Shown here piece by piece: positions 1 to 8,176 of a stretch of DNA of 41,012 bases. The stretch is from an uncultured Methanosarcinales archaeon. Its GTDB lineage: Archaea > Nanobdellota > Nanobdellia > Woesearchaeales > DSVV01. The stretch lies in NCBI GenBank assembly GCA_964590935.1, contig CAZPXC010000005.1, forward strand, positions 1 to 41,012, read 5' to 3'. Both the position numbers and the translations under genes were made by a program. How positions within the stretch are numbered: position 1 is the first letter of the stretch; each line of letters opens with the position of its first letter. The notes beneath the pieces were generated by a model, which was given only the letters and a program-made list of their open reading frames with translations, made no database searches and was not told the origin of the DNA.

Positions 1-1
1 G

Positions 2-286
2 CTTGGATATTACATGAGGGTGAACCTGATCGTCATGGCAAAGAGGAAAAAAGAGCTCAGGGAGTATCTTATCCAGCATAGCAATGTCAATTCTGTTTTC
101 AGCCTTAGGGGCGACAGTTTTTATGTCGATGCTGTTTTTCAGGACATGGTCGGACTTTATGATTTTATTGAAAGCCTGGACCGCTTTTCTCCGCTGTCGA
201 TACAAGAGCATCATGTCACAGAGGAGATAAAGCAGGAGGGTCTCTTTACCCGGGAGAGTGATGCTACAGAAATCGATATTGATTGA
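2..286 (+). CDS. Lrp/AsnC-type regulator, C-terminal effector-binding half (5' end outside window)
   Basis: The frame is open from nt 2. The translation ...LGYYMRVNLIVMAK...SNVNSVFSLRGDSFYVDAVFQDMVGLYDFIESL fits the alternating beta/alpha pattern of Lrp/AsnC RAM-type C-terminal domains. The HTH part would lie upstream of the window. Family call by eye only. Confidence 0.4.
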   Translation, partial: LGYYMRVNLIVMAKRKKELREYLIQHSNVNSVFSLRGDSFYVDAVFQDMVGLYDFIESLDRFSPLSIQEHHVTEEIKQEGLFTRESDATEIDID

Positions 287-302
287 TCATTTATTGGCTC
301 TG

Positions 303-325
303 TTTTAGTTCTTTTATTTTATTTT
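303..325 (+). terminator. oligo-T tracts downstream of the Lrp-like CDS (archaeal-type termination signal)
   Basis: TTTTAGTTCTTTTATTTTATTTT: four T4 runs beginning about 17 nt after the TGA at 284-286. Confidence 0.3.
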
Positions 326-466
326 CAGGAGAAAAAGATAATTTTCGGATTTTTTTACCATAGGGTCATTATTTGCAAAAAACCTGCATATTTATTTCCT
401 GTTGCCGGAGGGCTGCCGGAAAAACAGCAATAATCTCTTTATTATCGGTTTTGATGACGCTGATGC

Positions 467-2542
467 ATGAAAGGCATATTCTGCTGCAGGTCATCCAGAG
501 GCATAGTCTTCCTGGCAAAAAATGACAGCCAGAGCCTGTTTTCTGTCGGCAACACTATTCTCGCATTCGACGGGAAGAACAGCAGCCTTGTAGAGATAAT
601 AGAAGGCATAAACGAGGCCGGAATTGAAGACGAGCTGAAGGCCTGCTATACAGAGAAAAAGACCGAACTATTTATCGGGAGATACAAGAAGCGCAGCTTC
701 AGGCTGTCAAAGCTGCAGCTTGGCAGATATCCAGCCCAGCATCCGGTTGATGATCTTGGTTTCATACTGCCTTCAGGAAAAACTGTCAGCTCCAGGCTGC
801 AAAGACAGCTCGATTCCGGATTTAGGCTCTCTTCTTCATCCCGGCTTGAGGACATGCTTGAGATACTCTACGGGATCTCCGATGGTGATGCCCACAACCC
901 TCAGTTCGGTTTCATAGACAAATATGGAGCCAAGACACTGTTTTCTCCTGAGACTGAATTCTCCATCCCCCCACAAGAGTACAAAAAAAGAGGTAAATTT
1001 AATCATGCCGTTCTAAAGTCAAATGCAGGGTTTTATGAGCTGCTGCTCAGGAGCCTTGAGTTTGAGGAAACCCTTAAACGCGGCCAGCATGAGCTGGACA
1101 AGGGGTCCTCTATTCTTCAGGGCCTGAGGAAAGCAAGGATAAAAAGCAGGATAAGCCGAACCAGTGAATCAACAGGCGAGATAATATACAGGTATCTTGA
1201 TTATCGCCACGGCCTGCTTGAGCGCTTCACCCTTGGCTCGTTTATCGATGACATGAGCTCAGAGCTTAGGAGAGATACGGTCACGAATGCATATCACAGC
1301 AAAAAGCATTGGACCATGCAGCAGAGGATTGACAGGGAGCTCATGCCCTCTGGTTCAAGAAGCCTGATAATCAGCATGAAGAGGTTTGGCAGCTATTCCA
1401 GGCGTGCTCAGGATGGCGCACATAACCTTGAAAAAGAGACAGGTATGATGGTCAGGCCGCTGATCAACTTTCCGTATCTTGTGGTGAGAGGCAGTGAGAG
1501 AGATGCCCGGAAGCTCTATTCAGTCGTGAAATCCGGAAAGCTTGGAAAGTTCAGCCGGAGATGCTCGGTACTGCTGTCTGGTACAAGGAACATTGCCTAT
1601 GCGCATGGCGTATATATCCCTGAGATAGTCGCGGAATTTTTAAGCCACGGCAAAAGCCCAAAGGTCGTTCCGATCAGGGCGAGGCACAGGCAGGTGCTCT
1701 GGAACCTGGTAAATATCGGCGCTGACAAGGCGAATTCCACCACCACAGGCCAGGGGGTAAGTGTCGCTGTCTGCGACACCGGTATTGATTATGAGCATCA
1801 TGAGCTGAGGGACAGGTTTGGGACAAACAAGGGCTATGACTTCATCGAAAATACGAATGACCCCATGGACAGGCAATACCACGGGACCCATGTTGCAGGG
1901 ACCATTGCCGGTATGTCAACAGGAGTAGCCCCTGATTGCACACTATATGCTGTCCGTGTGCTTGACGAGAACGGCAGGGGAAGCCTGGACGGCATCCTGC
2001 TAGGGGTTGACTGGTGCATAACGAACAGCGTGGATGTTGCAAACTTCAGCCTTGGCTCAGCAGCAGATTCGCCCATGGAGTATGATGTCTTCAGGCAGGC
2101 TTATGAAAAAGGGCTGATATGCGTGGCTGCGGCAGGCAATGACTATTTCGGGCCAAGCTATCCTGCATCTTATGACTGCGTAATAGCTGTGGCAGCAGTT
2201 GACAGGAACAATGATCATGCAGATTTCAGCAACATTTATCATACCAATAATGTTTCTGCTCCAGGTGTGAAGATATATTCCTCGATGCCATCAGGCCAGT
2301 ATGGCATGCTCAGCGGGACATCGATGGCTACGCCGCACATTGTGGGCAGCGCAGCGCTTGTCCGCTCTATGAGAAGCGGGACAGGGAAGGACAGGTTCCA
2401 GAAAATAATTGAGGAAACCTGTCTGGAGCTAGGGAACCCAAACGATCCGGATTACTGGGCAAGATTCGGCTGCGGCCTTGTGCAGGCTGATAAGGCTGTC
2501 AGCTATAGAGGTGCAGGATGGATGAGACGATTGACTGCCTGA
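467..2542 (+). CDS. Subtilisin-like serine protease (peptidase S8) with ~410-aa N-terminal extension of unknown function
   Basis: Catalytic triad motifs are in the canonical order: VAVCDTGID (Asp codon 1775-1777), HGTHVAGTIAG (His codon 1880-1882), GTSMATPHIVGSAAL (Ser codon 2321-2323). The N-terminus MKGIFCCRSSRGIVFLAKNDSQS has no hydrophobic signal-peptide core. Confidence 0.9.
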   Translation: MKGIFCCRSSRGIVFLAKNDSQSLFSVGNTILAFDGKNSSLVEIIEGINEAGIEDELKACYTEKKTELFIGRYKKRSFRLSKLQLGRYPAQHPVDDLGFILPSGKTVSSRLQRQLDSGFRLSSSSRLEDMLEILYGISDGDAHNPQFGFIDKYGAKTLFSPETEFSIPPQEYKKRGKFNHAVLKSNAGFYELLLRSLEFEETLKRGQHELDKGSSILQGLRKARIKSRISRTSESTGEIIYRYLDYRHGLLERFTLGSFIDDMSSELRRDTVTNAYHSKKHWTMQQRIDRELMPSGSRSLIISMKRFGSYSRRAQDGAHNLEKETGMMVRPLINFPYLVVRGSERDARKLYSVVKSGKLGKFSRRCSVLLSGTRNIAYAHGVYIPEIVAEFLSHGKSPKVVPIRARHRQVLWNLVNIGADKANSTTTGQGVSVAVCDTGIDYEHHELRDRFGTNKGYDFIENTNDPMDRQYHGTHVAGTIAGMSTGVAPDCTLYAVRVLDENGRGSLDGILLGVDWCITNSVDVANFSLGSAADSPMEYDVFRQAYEKGLICVAAAGNDYFGPSYPASYDCVIAVAAVDRNNDHADFSNIYHTNNVSAPGVKIYSSMPSGQYGMLSGTSMATPHIVGSAALVRSMRSGTGKDRFQKIIEETCLELGNPNDPDYWARFGCGLVQADKAVSYRGAGWMRRLTA

Positions 2543-2775
2543 TAAGGTACATGGGCGGAAACGGGATTTTTTATGATAAATACAATGATCAGCTTAGTGA
2601 ATTAGGTTTCCTGTACCAGGACAAAATGGAGCTTCCAGGACTTGGACTCGAGATATTCAGGTATTCCTATCATGGTGCTGATTTTGAAAAAGACAGGCAG
2701 TCAGCCCAGTCACTGGACAGCAGCATACAGATAGTTGTCAACAAGGAGATTAATGCCATGGATGCCGACAAATAG
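2518..2775 (+). CDS. Small acidic hypothetical protein (85 aa) overlapping the 3' end of the subtilase gene by 25 nt
   Basis: The ATG at 2518 lies inside the last codons of the protease (stop 2540-2542), an arrangement typical of translational coupling. No recognisable motif, so coding status is uncertain. Confidence 0.3.
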   Translation: MDETIDCLIRYMGGNGIFYDKYNDQLSELGFLYQDKMELPGLGLEIFRYSYHGADFEKDRQSAQSLDSSIQIVVNKEINAMDADK

Positions 2776-2806
2776 AAACAGCCGTAATCCATACCTGGCC
2801 AGCCTT

Positions 2807-5569
2807 TCATCTGAAACCGCGAAGTTGCTGCTGCATCTCCATGATCTTCTGCTGATCACTGTCCAATGATTGAGGAGGTGGAGGCTGGCCCTGCCCCAGC
2901 ATCCTGTATTGCGGAGGGCCGGGAGGCGGGTTGAAATTGATCTTCCTCTTCTTGAAATAAAATAATAATCCAATCCCTATAAAGATAAGGACCGCAAACA
3001 GTATATAAAACATAGTATTATTTGACTTGGAATTCTCGTCCAGCACCTCATCGATAGTCTTTGGCTGCTCGTCGCTTATCGCTTTCTCGCCTTCCTCACT
3101 GCTTCTGGACGATCCGGCTCTTACTGACTGTGACTGGTTCTCTGATTCAGGTGTGGTGCGAGTGCGTGCAGTGCTGCCTGTCTGTGAAGATGTATCTTCT
3201 GTCGTTGTTCTTGTTCTCGTAGTGGTCGTGCCTGTACTTGTGCTGCTGCTTGTGCTACTGGAGCTTCTGGTACTGGTCGAACTGCTGCATCCTTCATCGA
3301 CTTTGCCGTCGCAGTCATTATCCTTGCCATCACAACTTGTTTCCTGTGGTTGGTATTTTGAATTCCAGGAGGAATATACGCTTGTACCACAGCCAGGCCA
3401 CTCACCATCCTCTGTGCATGTCTCCTTTGAGCCAGAGCATACACCCTGCTGTTTTGGGCATAGTTGTTTATCGCCCGATGTGCAGAAAGAACAGCTGGAG
3501 TCATTGATGTCTGTCTGACCGTCGCAGTCATCGTCCCTGCCGTTGTTACAGTTCTCAGATTCTCCAGGGTTGACGCTGGCGCGGCTATCATCACAGTCCT
3601 GGTTGCTGCCTGAGCAGATGTCATAGCTGTCGCCATCATCATCTATCGGGATCGAATCGCAGCGCTCTGCGCTTTCATTGCACATATCATCTGTACATGA
3701 TTCACCATCATCACAGTCCACCACTGGCCCGATGTTTACGCATGCCTGGGACTGGCATTCATCAACACCGTTGCAGTATACCCCGTCATCGCATAGTGTC
3801 CCGTCTGGCTGTCCTGTGCAGTCGACGATGGCCCCGCAGCCCGTGTTATCAGGGAAATACAGCGGCGCGCAGCTTTCTCCTGAAGGGCAGCTGGCATCAT
3901 TTGCAATATTGTCGCATCTGTTTGCGTTTTCATTGCACGAGTCATCAGTGCATGAGTATTGGTCGCTGCAGTCAGGCGCAGTTCCTTGTTGGCAGCCGTC
4001 TGCGGCGTCGCATGTCTCCTGGCCGTCGCACCACAGGCTGTTATCACAAAGGCTGTCAGTAGGCGTGTGTACAACGACATCATTACTCTCGTCACAGCTG
4101 TCTACAGTACAATCCACATTATCATCGATGCTGGGTGCAGTGCCGTTCAGGCAGCCTGCAGAGGCATCGCAGTACTCATTGCCGTCACACCATTTGCCGT
4201 CATCACATAACGCGTTATTTGCAGCATGGACGCAGTCTTTTGCAGATTCACTGCATACATCATCTGTGCAGGGCACATTATCATCGCAGTCTACAGCAGG
4301 CCCGACATTTACGCATGCCTGGGACTGGCACTCATCAACGCCGTTGCAGTATATCCCATCATCGCATAATGTCCCGTCCTGTGCGCCGGTGCATCCTGAG
4401 ATGATGCCGCAGCCGTCAGGCGCGCCGAAATACACAGGCTCGCAGCTTTCGCCTGCAGCGCAGTTGTTGTCATTTTTCGAATGCTGGCACTTGTCGCCGC
4501 TCTCGTTGCAGTAATCATCAGTGCACGAGTACTGGTCGCTGCAGTCGGGTGCAGTGCCGGCTGTGCAGCCGTTTACGGCGTCACATGTCTCCTGGCCATC
4601 GCACCATAAACCATTACTGCAATAGCTGTTGTCCGGTGTATGGATGACTGTGTCGGAACCATCATCGCAGCTGTCCACAGTGCAGTCCACATTATCGTCG
4701 ATGACTCGGGGGGTGGTATAACATTTGTGACCGGAGCAATATTCATCGCCATTGCAGAACAGACCATCATCACAGTCACCGTTATCTGTACACTCCCAGC
4801 AGTCGGTATCCTGCATGTCAGTATTTCCGTCGCAGTCATTATCCTTGTTGTCGTTGCATATTTCCGCAGTGTTAGGCGTATTATCTGAGCAGACCTTATT
4901 ACCTGATACGCACTGGAAGACCCCTTCTTTGCAAAGGTCAGAATCCGGGCCGTCGCATGGCTGGCTGTACCATGACTCATCTGAGCCGTCAGGTGTTCCG
5001 GGATCGCAGTCATTGTCCTGGCCGTCGCAGTACTCAGGCCCTGTGGGCGTGCAGCTGCTGGCGGTTATCCTTGTATCTCCTTCTGTTGTCGCATCACTGC
5101 TCATCCCTTCGATCCAGAATATGCCATCAAAATCATGGTTCCCTGCTGAGGGCACGTTCACAGTATAGCTATATGTCACAGATGGGGCCTGTTCAGTGTC
5201 GTTTATATATATCCATCTGATAGTGTGGCCATTCTTTGAGCCAGTGCCACTACTGACTATAGTAAGGCTGGACGGAACATATTCTTCTATTGCATAATAT
5301 GTGTGGCTTTGAGGGCCCTGTGATATGGTAACATCCAGGTAGACTGTAACAGTATCGCCCGGGTTTACGGTTGCAGAGGAAAATCTTCGTTCAACTGTTG
5401 AGCCGTCGCTCATGACATTTCCGGTGATGGTTGATAATGGCCGCTCGATCCTGGCAGGAACATGGTGCATATCCAGGTCATAAGAATTATAATAGAATAA
5501 AAAAACAAGCACATAGAGGATAGATGTTATGATCAAGAATCCTCTACCTGTCCTGCCATGCTTTATCAT
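2807..5569 (-). CDS. Cysteine-rich, membrane-anchored surface protein (920 aa): beta-sandwich domain, CxxxDNDCDG motifs, duplicated Cys-knot repeats, Ser/Thr stalk, C-terminal TM helix and Pro-rich cytoplasmic tail
   Basis: N-terminal hydrophobic segment FLIITSILYVLVFLFYY. Beta-sandwich at aa ~58-170 (VNPGDTVTVYLDV...YYAIEEYVPSSLTIV). Four CDGxDNDCDG-type motifs (aa 181, 238, 674, 746), as in the 'putative metal-binding motif' of myxobacterial surface proteins. CDDGxYCNGxDEC repeats. S/T-rich stalk at aa 762-806 (nt 3152-3286). TM helix MFYILFAVLIFIGIGLLFYF followed by KKRK (nt 2954-3013). Tail PPPGPPQYRMLGQGQPPPPQ. Confidence 0.85.
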   Translation of the reverse strand: MIKHGRTGRGFLIITSILYVLVFLFYYNSYDLDMHHVPARIERPLSTITGNVMSDGSTVERRFSSATVNPGDTVTVYLDVTISQGPQSHTYYAIEEYVPSSLTIVSSGTGSKNGHTIRWIYINDTEQAPSVTYSYTVNVPSAGNHDFDGIFWIEGMSSDATTEGDTRITASSCTPTGPEYCDGQDNDCDPGTPDGSDESWYSQPCDGPDSDLCKEGVFQCVSGNKVCSDNTPNTAEICNDNKDNDCDGNTDMQDTDCWECTDNGDCDDGLFCNGDEYCSGHKCYTTPRVIDDNVDCTVDSCDDGSDTVIHTPDNSYCSNGLWCDGQETCDAVNGCTAGTAPDCSDQYSCTDDYCNESGDKCQHSKNDNNCAAGESCEPVYFGAPDGCGIISGCTGAQDGTLCDDGIYCNGVDECQSQACVNVGPAVDCDDNVPCTDDVCSESAKDCVHAANNALCDDGKWCDGNEYCDASAGCLNGTAPSIDDNVDCTVDSCDESNDVVVHTPTDSLCDNSLWCDGQETCDAADGCQQGTAPDCSDQYSCTDDSCNENANRCDNIANDASCPSGESCAPLYFPDNTGCGAIVDCTGQPDGTLCDDGVYCNGVDECQSQACVNIGPVVDCDDGESCTDDMCNESAERCDSIPIDDDGDSYDICSGSNQDCDDSRASVNPGESENCNNGRDDDCDGQTDINDSSCSFCTSGDKQLCPKQQGVCSGSKETCTEDGEWPGCGTSVYSSWNSKYQPQETSCDGKDNDCDGKVDEGCSSSTSTRSSSSTSSSTSTGTTTTRTRTTTEDTSSQTGSTARTRTTPESENQSQSVRAGSSRSSEEGEKAISDEQPKTIDEVLDENSKSNNTMFYILFAVLIFIGIGLLFYFKKRKINFNPPPGPPQYRMLGQGQPPPPQSLDSDQQKIMEMQQQLRGFR
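3650..4699 (-). repeat. Internal tandem duplication inside the Cys-rich protein (unit 1 = aa 291-481, nt 4127-4699; unit 2 = aa 482-640, nt 3650-4126)
   Basis: DDNVDCTVDSCDDGSDTVIHTPDNSYCSNGLWCDGQETCDAVNGCTAGTAPDCSDQYSCTDD... recurs 191 aa later as DDNVDCTVDSCDESNDVVVHTPTDSLCDNSLWCDGQETCDAADGCQQGTAPDCSDQYSCTDD... The match continues through ...GTLCDDG(I/V)YCNGVDECQSQACVN(V/I)GP. Unit 2 lacks the last ~30 aa of unit 1. Confidence 0.9.
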
Positions 5570-6036
5570 CTGACGGTTATCTTGGCTGCTCCCATTATCT
5601 GCACAGGCTTGTCCATCCCTTCCAGTGCATATTCACCACCGAAAGTGTAGGTCCCAGGTTCTTCGGGCGCCTGAATACTATACTCATACACGTTGCTCTT
5701 GGCATTCTGTATCTCGACCAGCTTTATGTGGTTGTCTTTGTTTGCCTTATTACCTGTCACTGTAAAATCTGCAGGTACAGCCTCATCTACGATATAGTAT
5801 GTCTGCCCGGGATCAAGGTTTATGTAGAGCTTGACATCTACTGTACCGCCGGCATCCACTTCGTCTGCTGAAAATACCCTAATCACTCCGTTCTCAGTTG
5901 GCGCTGTCGCTGCCGGCTCGTTGGCAGTTGGCTCTGTCACAACAGGTGTTATAACTTTCTGTTCATTGGTCTGGCAGCCTGTAAGTGCTGCAACCATCAC
6001 AAATACCGCAAAACACGCAATCAAATTGACCCTCAT
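5566..6036 (-). CDS. Lipoprotein with Pro/Thr linker and beta-sandwich domain related to the N-terminal domain of the downstream Cys-rich protein
   Basis: Preferred start is ATG 6036 (ORF track gives 6084), preceded by GGGAGGA 6 nt upstream. Signal plus lipobox MRVNLIACFAVFVMVAALTG|C. Linker TEPTANEPAATAPTENG. Domain VDAGGTVDVKLYINL...YYIVDEAVPADFTV...YEYSIQAPEEPGTYTFGGEY. Its stop overlaps the start of the 920-aa gene (ATGA, 5566-5569), suggesting an operon. Confidence 0.75.
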   Translation of the reverse strand: MRVNLIACFAVFVMVAALTGCQTNEQKVITPVVTEPTANEPAATAPTENGVIRVFSADEVDAGGTVDVKLYINLDPGQTYYIVDEAVPADFTVTGNKANKDNHIKLVEIQNAKSNVYEYSIQAPEEPGTYTFGGEYALEGMDKPVQIMGAAKITVR

Positions 6037-6089
6037 TTTTTCGTCCTCCCTTGCATATAATATCCTGATATATCTCAATAGCACGTTTA

Positions 6090-6911
6090 TTATTTAAAAA
6101 TATTTTGTTTTGATACGATCTTTTCCAGTATTTTGTCCGGCTCGGCCTTCAGCCCGATCTTGTTGAAGAACCTGCACAGGTTGTTGATATCCCTTCTCAG
6201 GAGTTCCCCCGAGTTCGGGCTCCTGACCGGCGTTGTCTGGGAAAAATCGATCAGGACCGGGCCCTGCCTGTAGTTCAGGATGTTAAATTCTGACAGGTCG
6301 CCGTGCACAAGCCCCGCATCGTACAGGCTTTTTATGTTCCTGACGAGCTCATCGAAGAATTTTTTTTTGTCGGAAGGGATATCATCCTTGAGCTGCAGCG
6401 CGATGCTGCTGTCTCCTATGAATTCAAGCACGAGTACATTATTGAGATACGCCATCGGTGTCGGCACCCGAACCCCGGCCTCTCTTGCCTTCATCAGGTT
6501 CCTGTGCTCACGCTGCACCCATGCGAATATGATGTCTCTCCTCTTTTTTTTAAGGTGCACAAAGCGCACATCCTGCTTTATATAATCATACATCCTGTTG
6601 AAGTCGCATGACTCAAGCCGGTATATCTTGACGATCACTCGCCTGTCACCGCTCAGCGCTGAAAATACATTTGATTCCTTTCCTATCTTGACAGGGCTCT
6701 CCAGCCCGTCTATTATATTCCTGGCCATCAGCCTGAATATTGTGCGCTCGGTAAACAGGTCAAACACGTTCTTGTATGTTTTCCATATCTCCTTTGATTT
6801 CCTGGCCATCAGCTCTGATAAGAGCCTTGGGTATATAAACTTAGTGTCCTTTACGGTTTTTTGATGGTGCAATGTTGATTTTTCTCGAATGTGAGATTGA
6901 AATTTTTTCAT
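6090..6911 (-). CDS. rio1: RIO-type serine protein kinase, Rio1 subfamily
   Basis: KNVFDLFTERTIFRLMARNIIDGL, P-loop-like IGKESNVFSA, VKIYR, Rio1-specific YIKQDVRF, catalytic loop LVHGDLSEFNIL, metal-binding loop LIDFSQ. The track start 6938 is a TTG; the first ATG is at 6911 (MKKFQSH...). Confidence 0.85.
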   Translation of the reverse strand: MKKFQSHIREKSTLHHQKTVKDTKFIYPRLLSELMARKSKEIWKTYKNVFDLFTERTIFRLMARNIIDGLESPVKIGKESNVFSALSGDRRVIVKIYRLESCDFNRMYDYIKQDVRFVHLKKKRRDIIFAWVQREHRNLMKAREAGVRVPTPMAYLNNVLVLEFIGDSSIALQLKDDIPSDKKKFFDELVRNIKSLYDAGLVHGDLSEFNILNYRQGPVLIDFSQTTPVRSPNSGELLRRDINNLCRFFNKIGLKAEPDKILEKIVSKQNIFK

Positions 6912-6946
6912 CAAAGACTTATTTAGAAACCTGACCAAACAGCACT

Positions 6947-6960
6947 GAAAAATTTATATA
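6947..6960 (+). promoter_or_regulatory. TATA/BRE-like box in the rio1/rhodanese divergent intergenic region
   Basis: GAAAAATTTATATA ends 23 nt before the rhodanese ATG (6984). It is near-palindromic and A/T-rich, so it may serve both divergent genes. Confidence 0.5.
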
Positions 6961-6983
6961 CAAGTAAAAAACCTGCAACTGTT

Positions 6984-7313
6984 ATGATAAAGGATATCGG
7001 GTCGGCTGAAGCATACGAGCTTATCCAGAAAAATAAGGGCAACGAGGATTTTGTAGTCCTTGATATCAGGACCAGGATGGAATACGACTCGGGCCATATC
7101 CAGGATGCAGTGCTTATTGATTTCTATTCAGATGATTTTAAGGAGCAGCTTGACAGGCTGGACAAGGACAAGACATACCTGATCTATTGCAGGACCGCAA
7201 GCAGGACCAGTGCAGTACTTTCCCTTCTGGAAGAGCTTGGGTTCAGTGAGGTATACCACATGATTGGCGGGATCATCGACTGGGAGTCAGAGGGGTTTGG
7301 TGTTGTTGAATAG
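6984..7313 (+). CDS. Single-domain rhodanese-like sulfurtransferase
   Basis: VVLDIRTRMEYDSGHIQDA and the active-site loop YCRTASRT (Cys-Arg-x-x-x-Arg) at the expected distance; 109 aa is typical of stand-alone rhodaneses. Confidence 0.8.
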   Translation: MIKDIGSAEAYELIQKNKGNEDFVVLDIRTRMEYDSGHIQDAVLIDFYSDDFKEQLDRLDKDKTYLIYCRTASRTSAVLSLLEELGFSEVYHMIGGIIDWESEGFGVVE

Positions 7314-7315
7314 AG

Positions 7316-7687
7316 CTATTGCAAAGACCTTACTGTCTCCTTGTGCCTGGTCTCTTCTTTAATCAGGGTATTGACTGCCTTTAGCACATCGGGGTTGTCG
7401 ATCCTCATGAGCTCAAATGCGTAGAGCTCCCGCAGGGCAGTCTCCTCTTTCAGCGCCCTTCTCATCATCTTTTTCGTCAGCGTGCATCCTGATCCTTTCT
7501 CGAGTGCAAGAAGCCTTTTCATGAGAATCTCAGCATGCCTGATCGAGCCGAGCGCAAGCTCATCGATCCTCTTTTTGTTCTCCCTGTAATTCAGCTTTTC
7601 GATATTGTTTGCATAGAACCTGATTGCCCGAAGCTCAGCCCTGAGGTCTCTCTTAAGAACCCTGATAAGTGTACTGCGTGAATACAT
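7316..7687 (-). CDS. Ferritin/rubrerythrin-like four-helix-bundle protein, possibly with an incomplete di-iron site
   Basis: Two helix pairs. The first is ELRAIRFYANN ... LGSIRHAEILMKRL, where Ser replaces the expected Glu of the ExxH motif. The second is KEETALRELYAFE ... IKEETRHKETV, with ExxH intact. GGGGTGAT SD-like element 4 nt upstream of ATG 7687. Confidence 0.4.
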   Translation of the reverse strand: MYSRSTLIRVLKRDLRAELRAIRFYANNIEKLNYRENKKRIDELALGSIRHAEILMKRLLALEKGSGCTLTKKMMRRALKEETALRELYAFELMRIDNPDVLKAVNTLIKEETRHKETVRSLQ

Positions 7688-7777
7688 GCTATCACCCCAC
7701 CCCTGCTTATGCGGGCCGGATATAAAAATATTGTTATTCTTCGTATAAAAAGCCAGAATTCAGGTAATATGGCTATA

Positions 7778-8032
7778 TTATGAGTTATATTTTTTGGAAT
7801 TTCCCAGTCTTGCCAGGTATAATATGTATGCCACTTCACGGCATTCAGGTGCATACTGTGTGTTACTTCTTATATTATCTGCCATCTGTTCTGCGGTAAG
7901 TTGGCTCTCTCCCACCTTGAATGTTGGATGTACATTATCCGATGCCTCATCAAGAGCGATATTCTCCAGCATACCGAGTAGTTTCGGTTCCAGGCTCTTT
8001 AATGCGTTTTTGTCTAGAGGAGTTGGGTCCAT
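7778..8032 (-). CDS. Hypothetical small protein (84 aa)
   Basis: Preferred start is ATG 8032 (MDPTPLDKNALK...), because a TATA-like box sits at the organism-typical spacing upstream. The track start 8095 would place the promoter inside the CDS. No recognisable motif. Confidence 0.5.
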   Translation of the reverse strand: MDPTPLDKNALKSLEPKLLGMLENIALDEASDNVHPTFKVGESQLTAEQMADNIRSNTQYAPECREVAYILYLARLGNSKKYNS

Positions 8033-8052
8033 TGTATAAAGGAATATTCCAT

Positions 8053-8066
8053 ATATTTTAAAATTT
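8053..8066 (-). promoter_or_regulatory. TATA-like box for the 84-aa ORF
   Basis: Minus-strand AAATTTTAAAATAT ends 20 nt before ATG 8032, the same geometry as the array promoters. Confidence 0.45.
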
Positions 8067-8176
8067 ACCTCAAAAGAATTGCAGTTCGCAAGCATCTCAG
8101 CATACTTTTATTTTGATGTTTTTTGCATAATTTTTATAAATGTTAATGCATTATACCCCAATCGGGGGATTTGTCT

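Noticed and set aside
3027-5220. Numerous 80-280 aa ORFs on both strands within 2807-5569
   Set aside because: They are frame-shifted or antisense readings of the repetitive, Cys/Asp-codon-rich 920-aa gene. Only the 920-aa frame gives a coherent signal peptide, domain repeats, stalk and TM architecture.
6912-6938. Upstream TTG starts proposed by the ORF track for rio1 (6938), the RelA/SpoT-like gene (8171) and paralog E (19033)
   Set aside because: In each case an ATG follows within 2-9 codons and has a better context: an SD-like GGGGGA before 8177, a signal peptide beginning at 19048, and MKKFQSH at 6911. The TTG codons are simply the furthest in-frame alternative starts.
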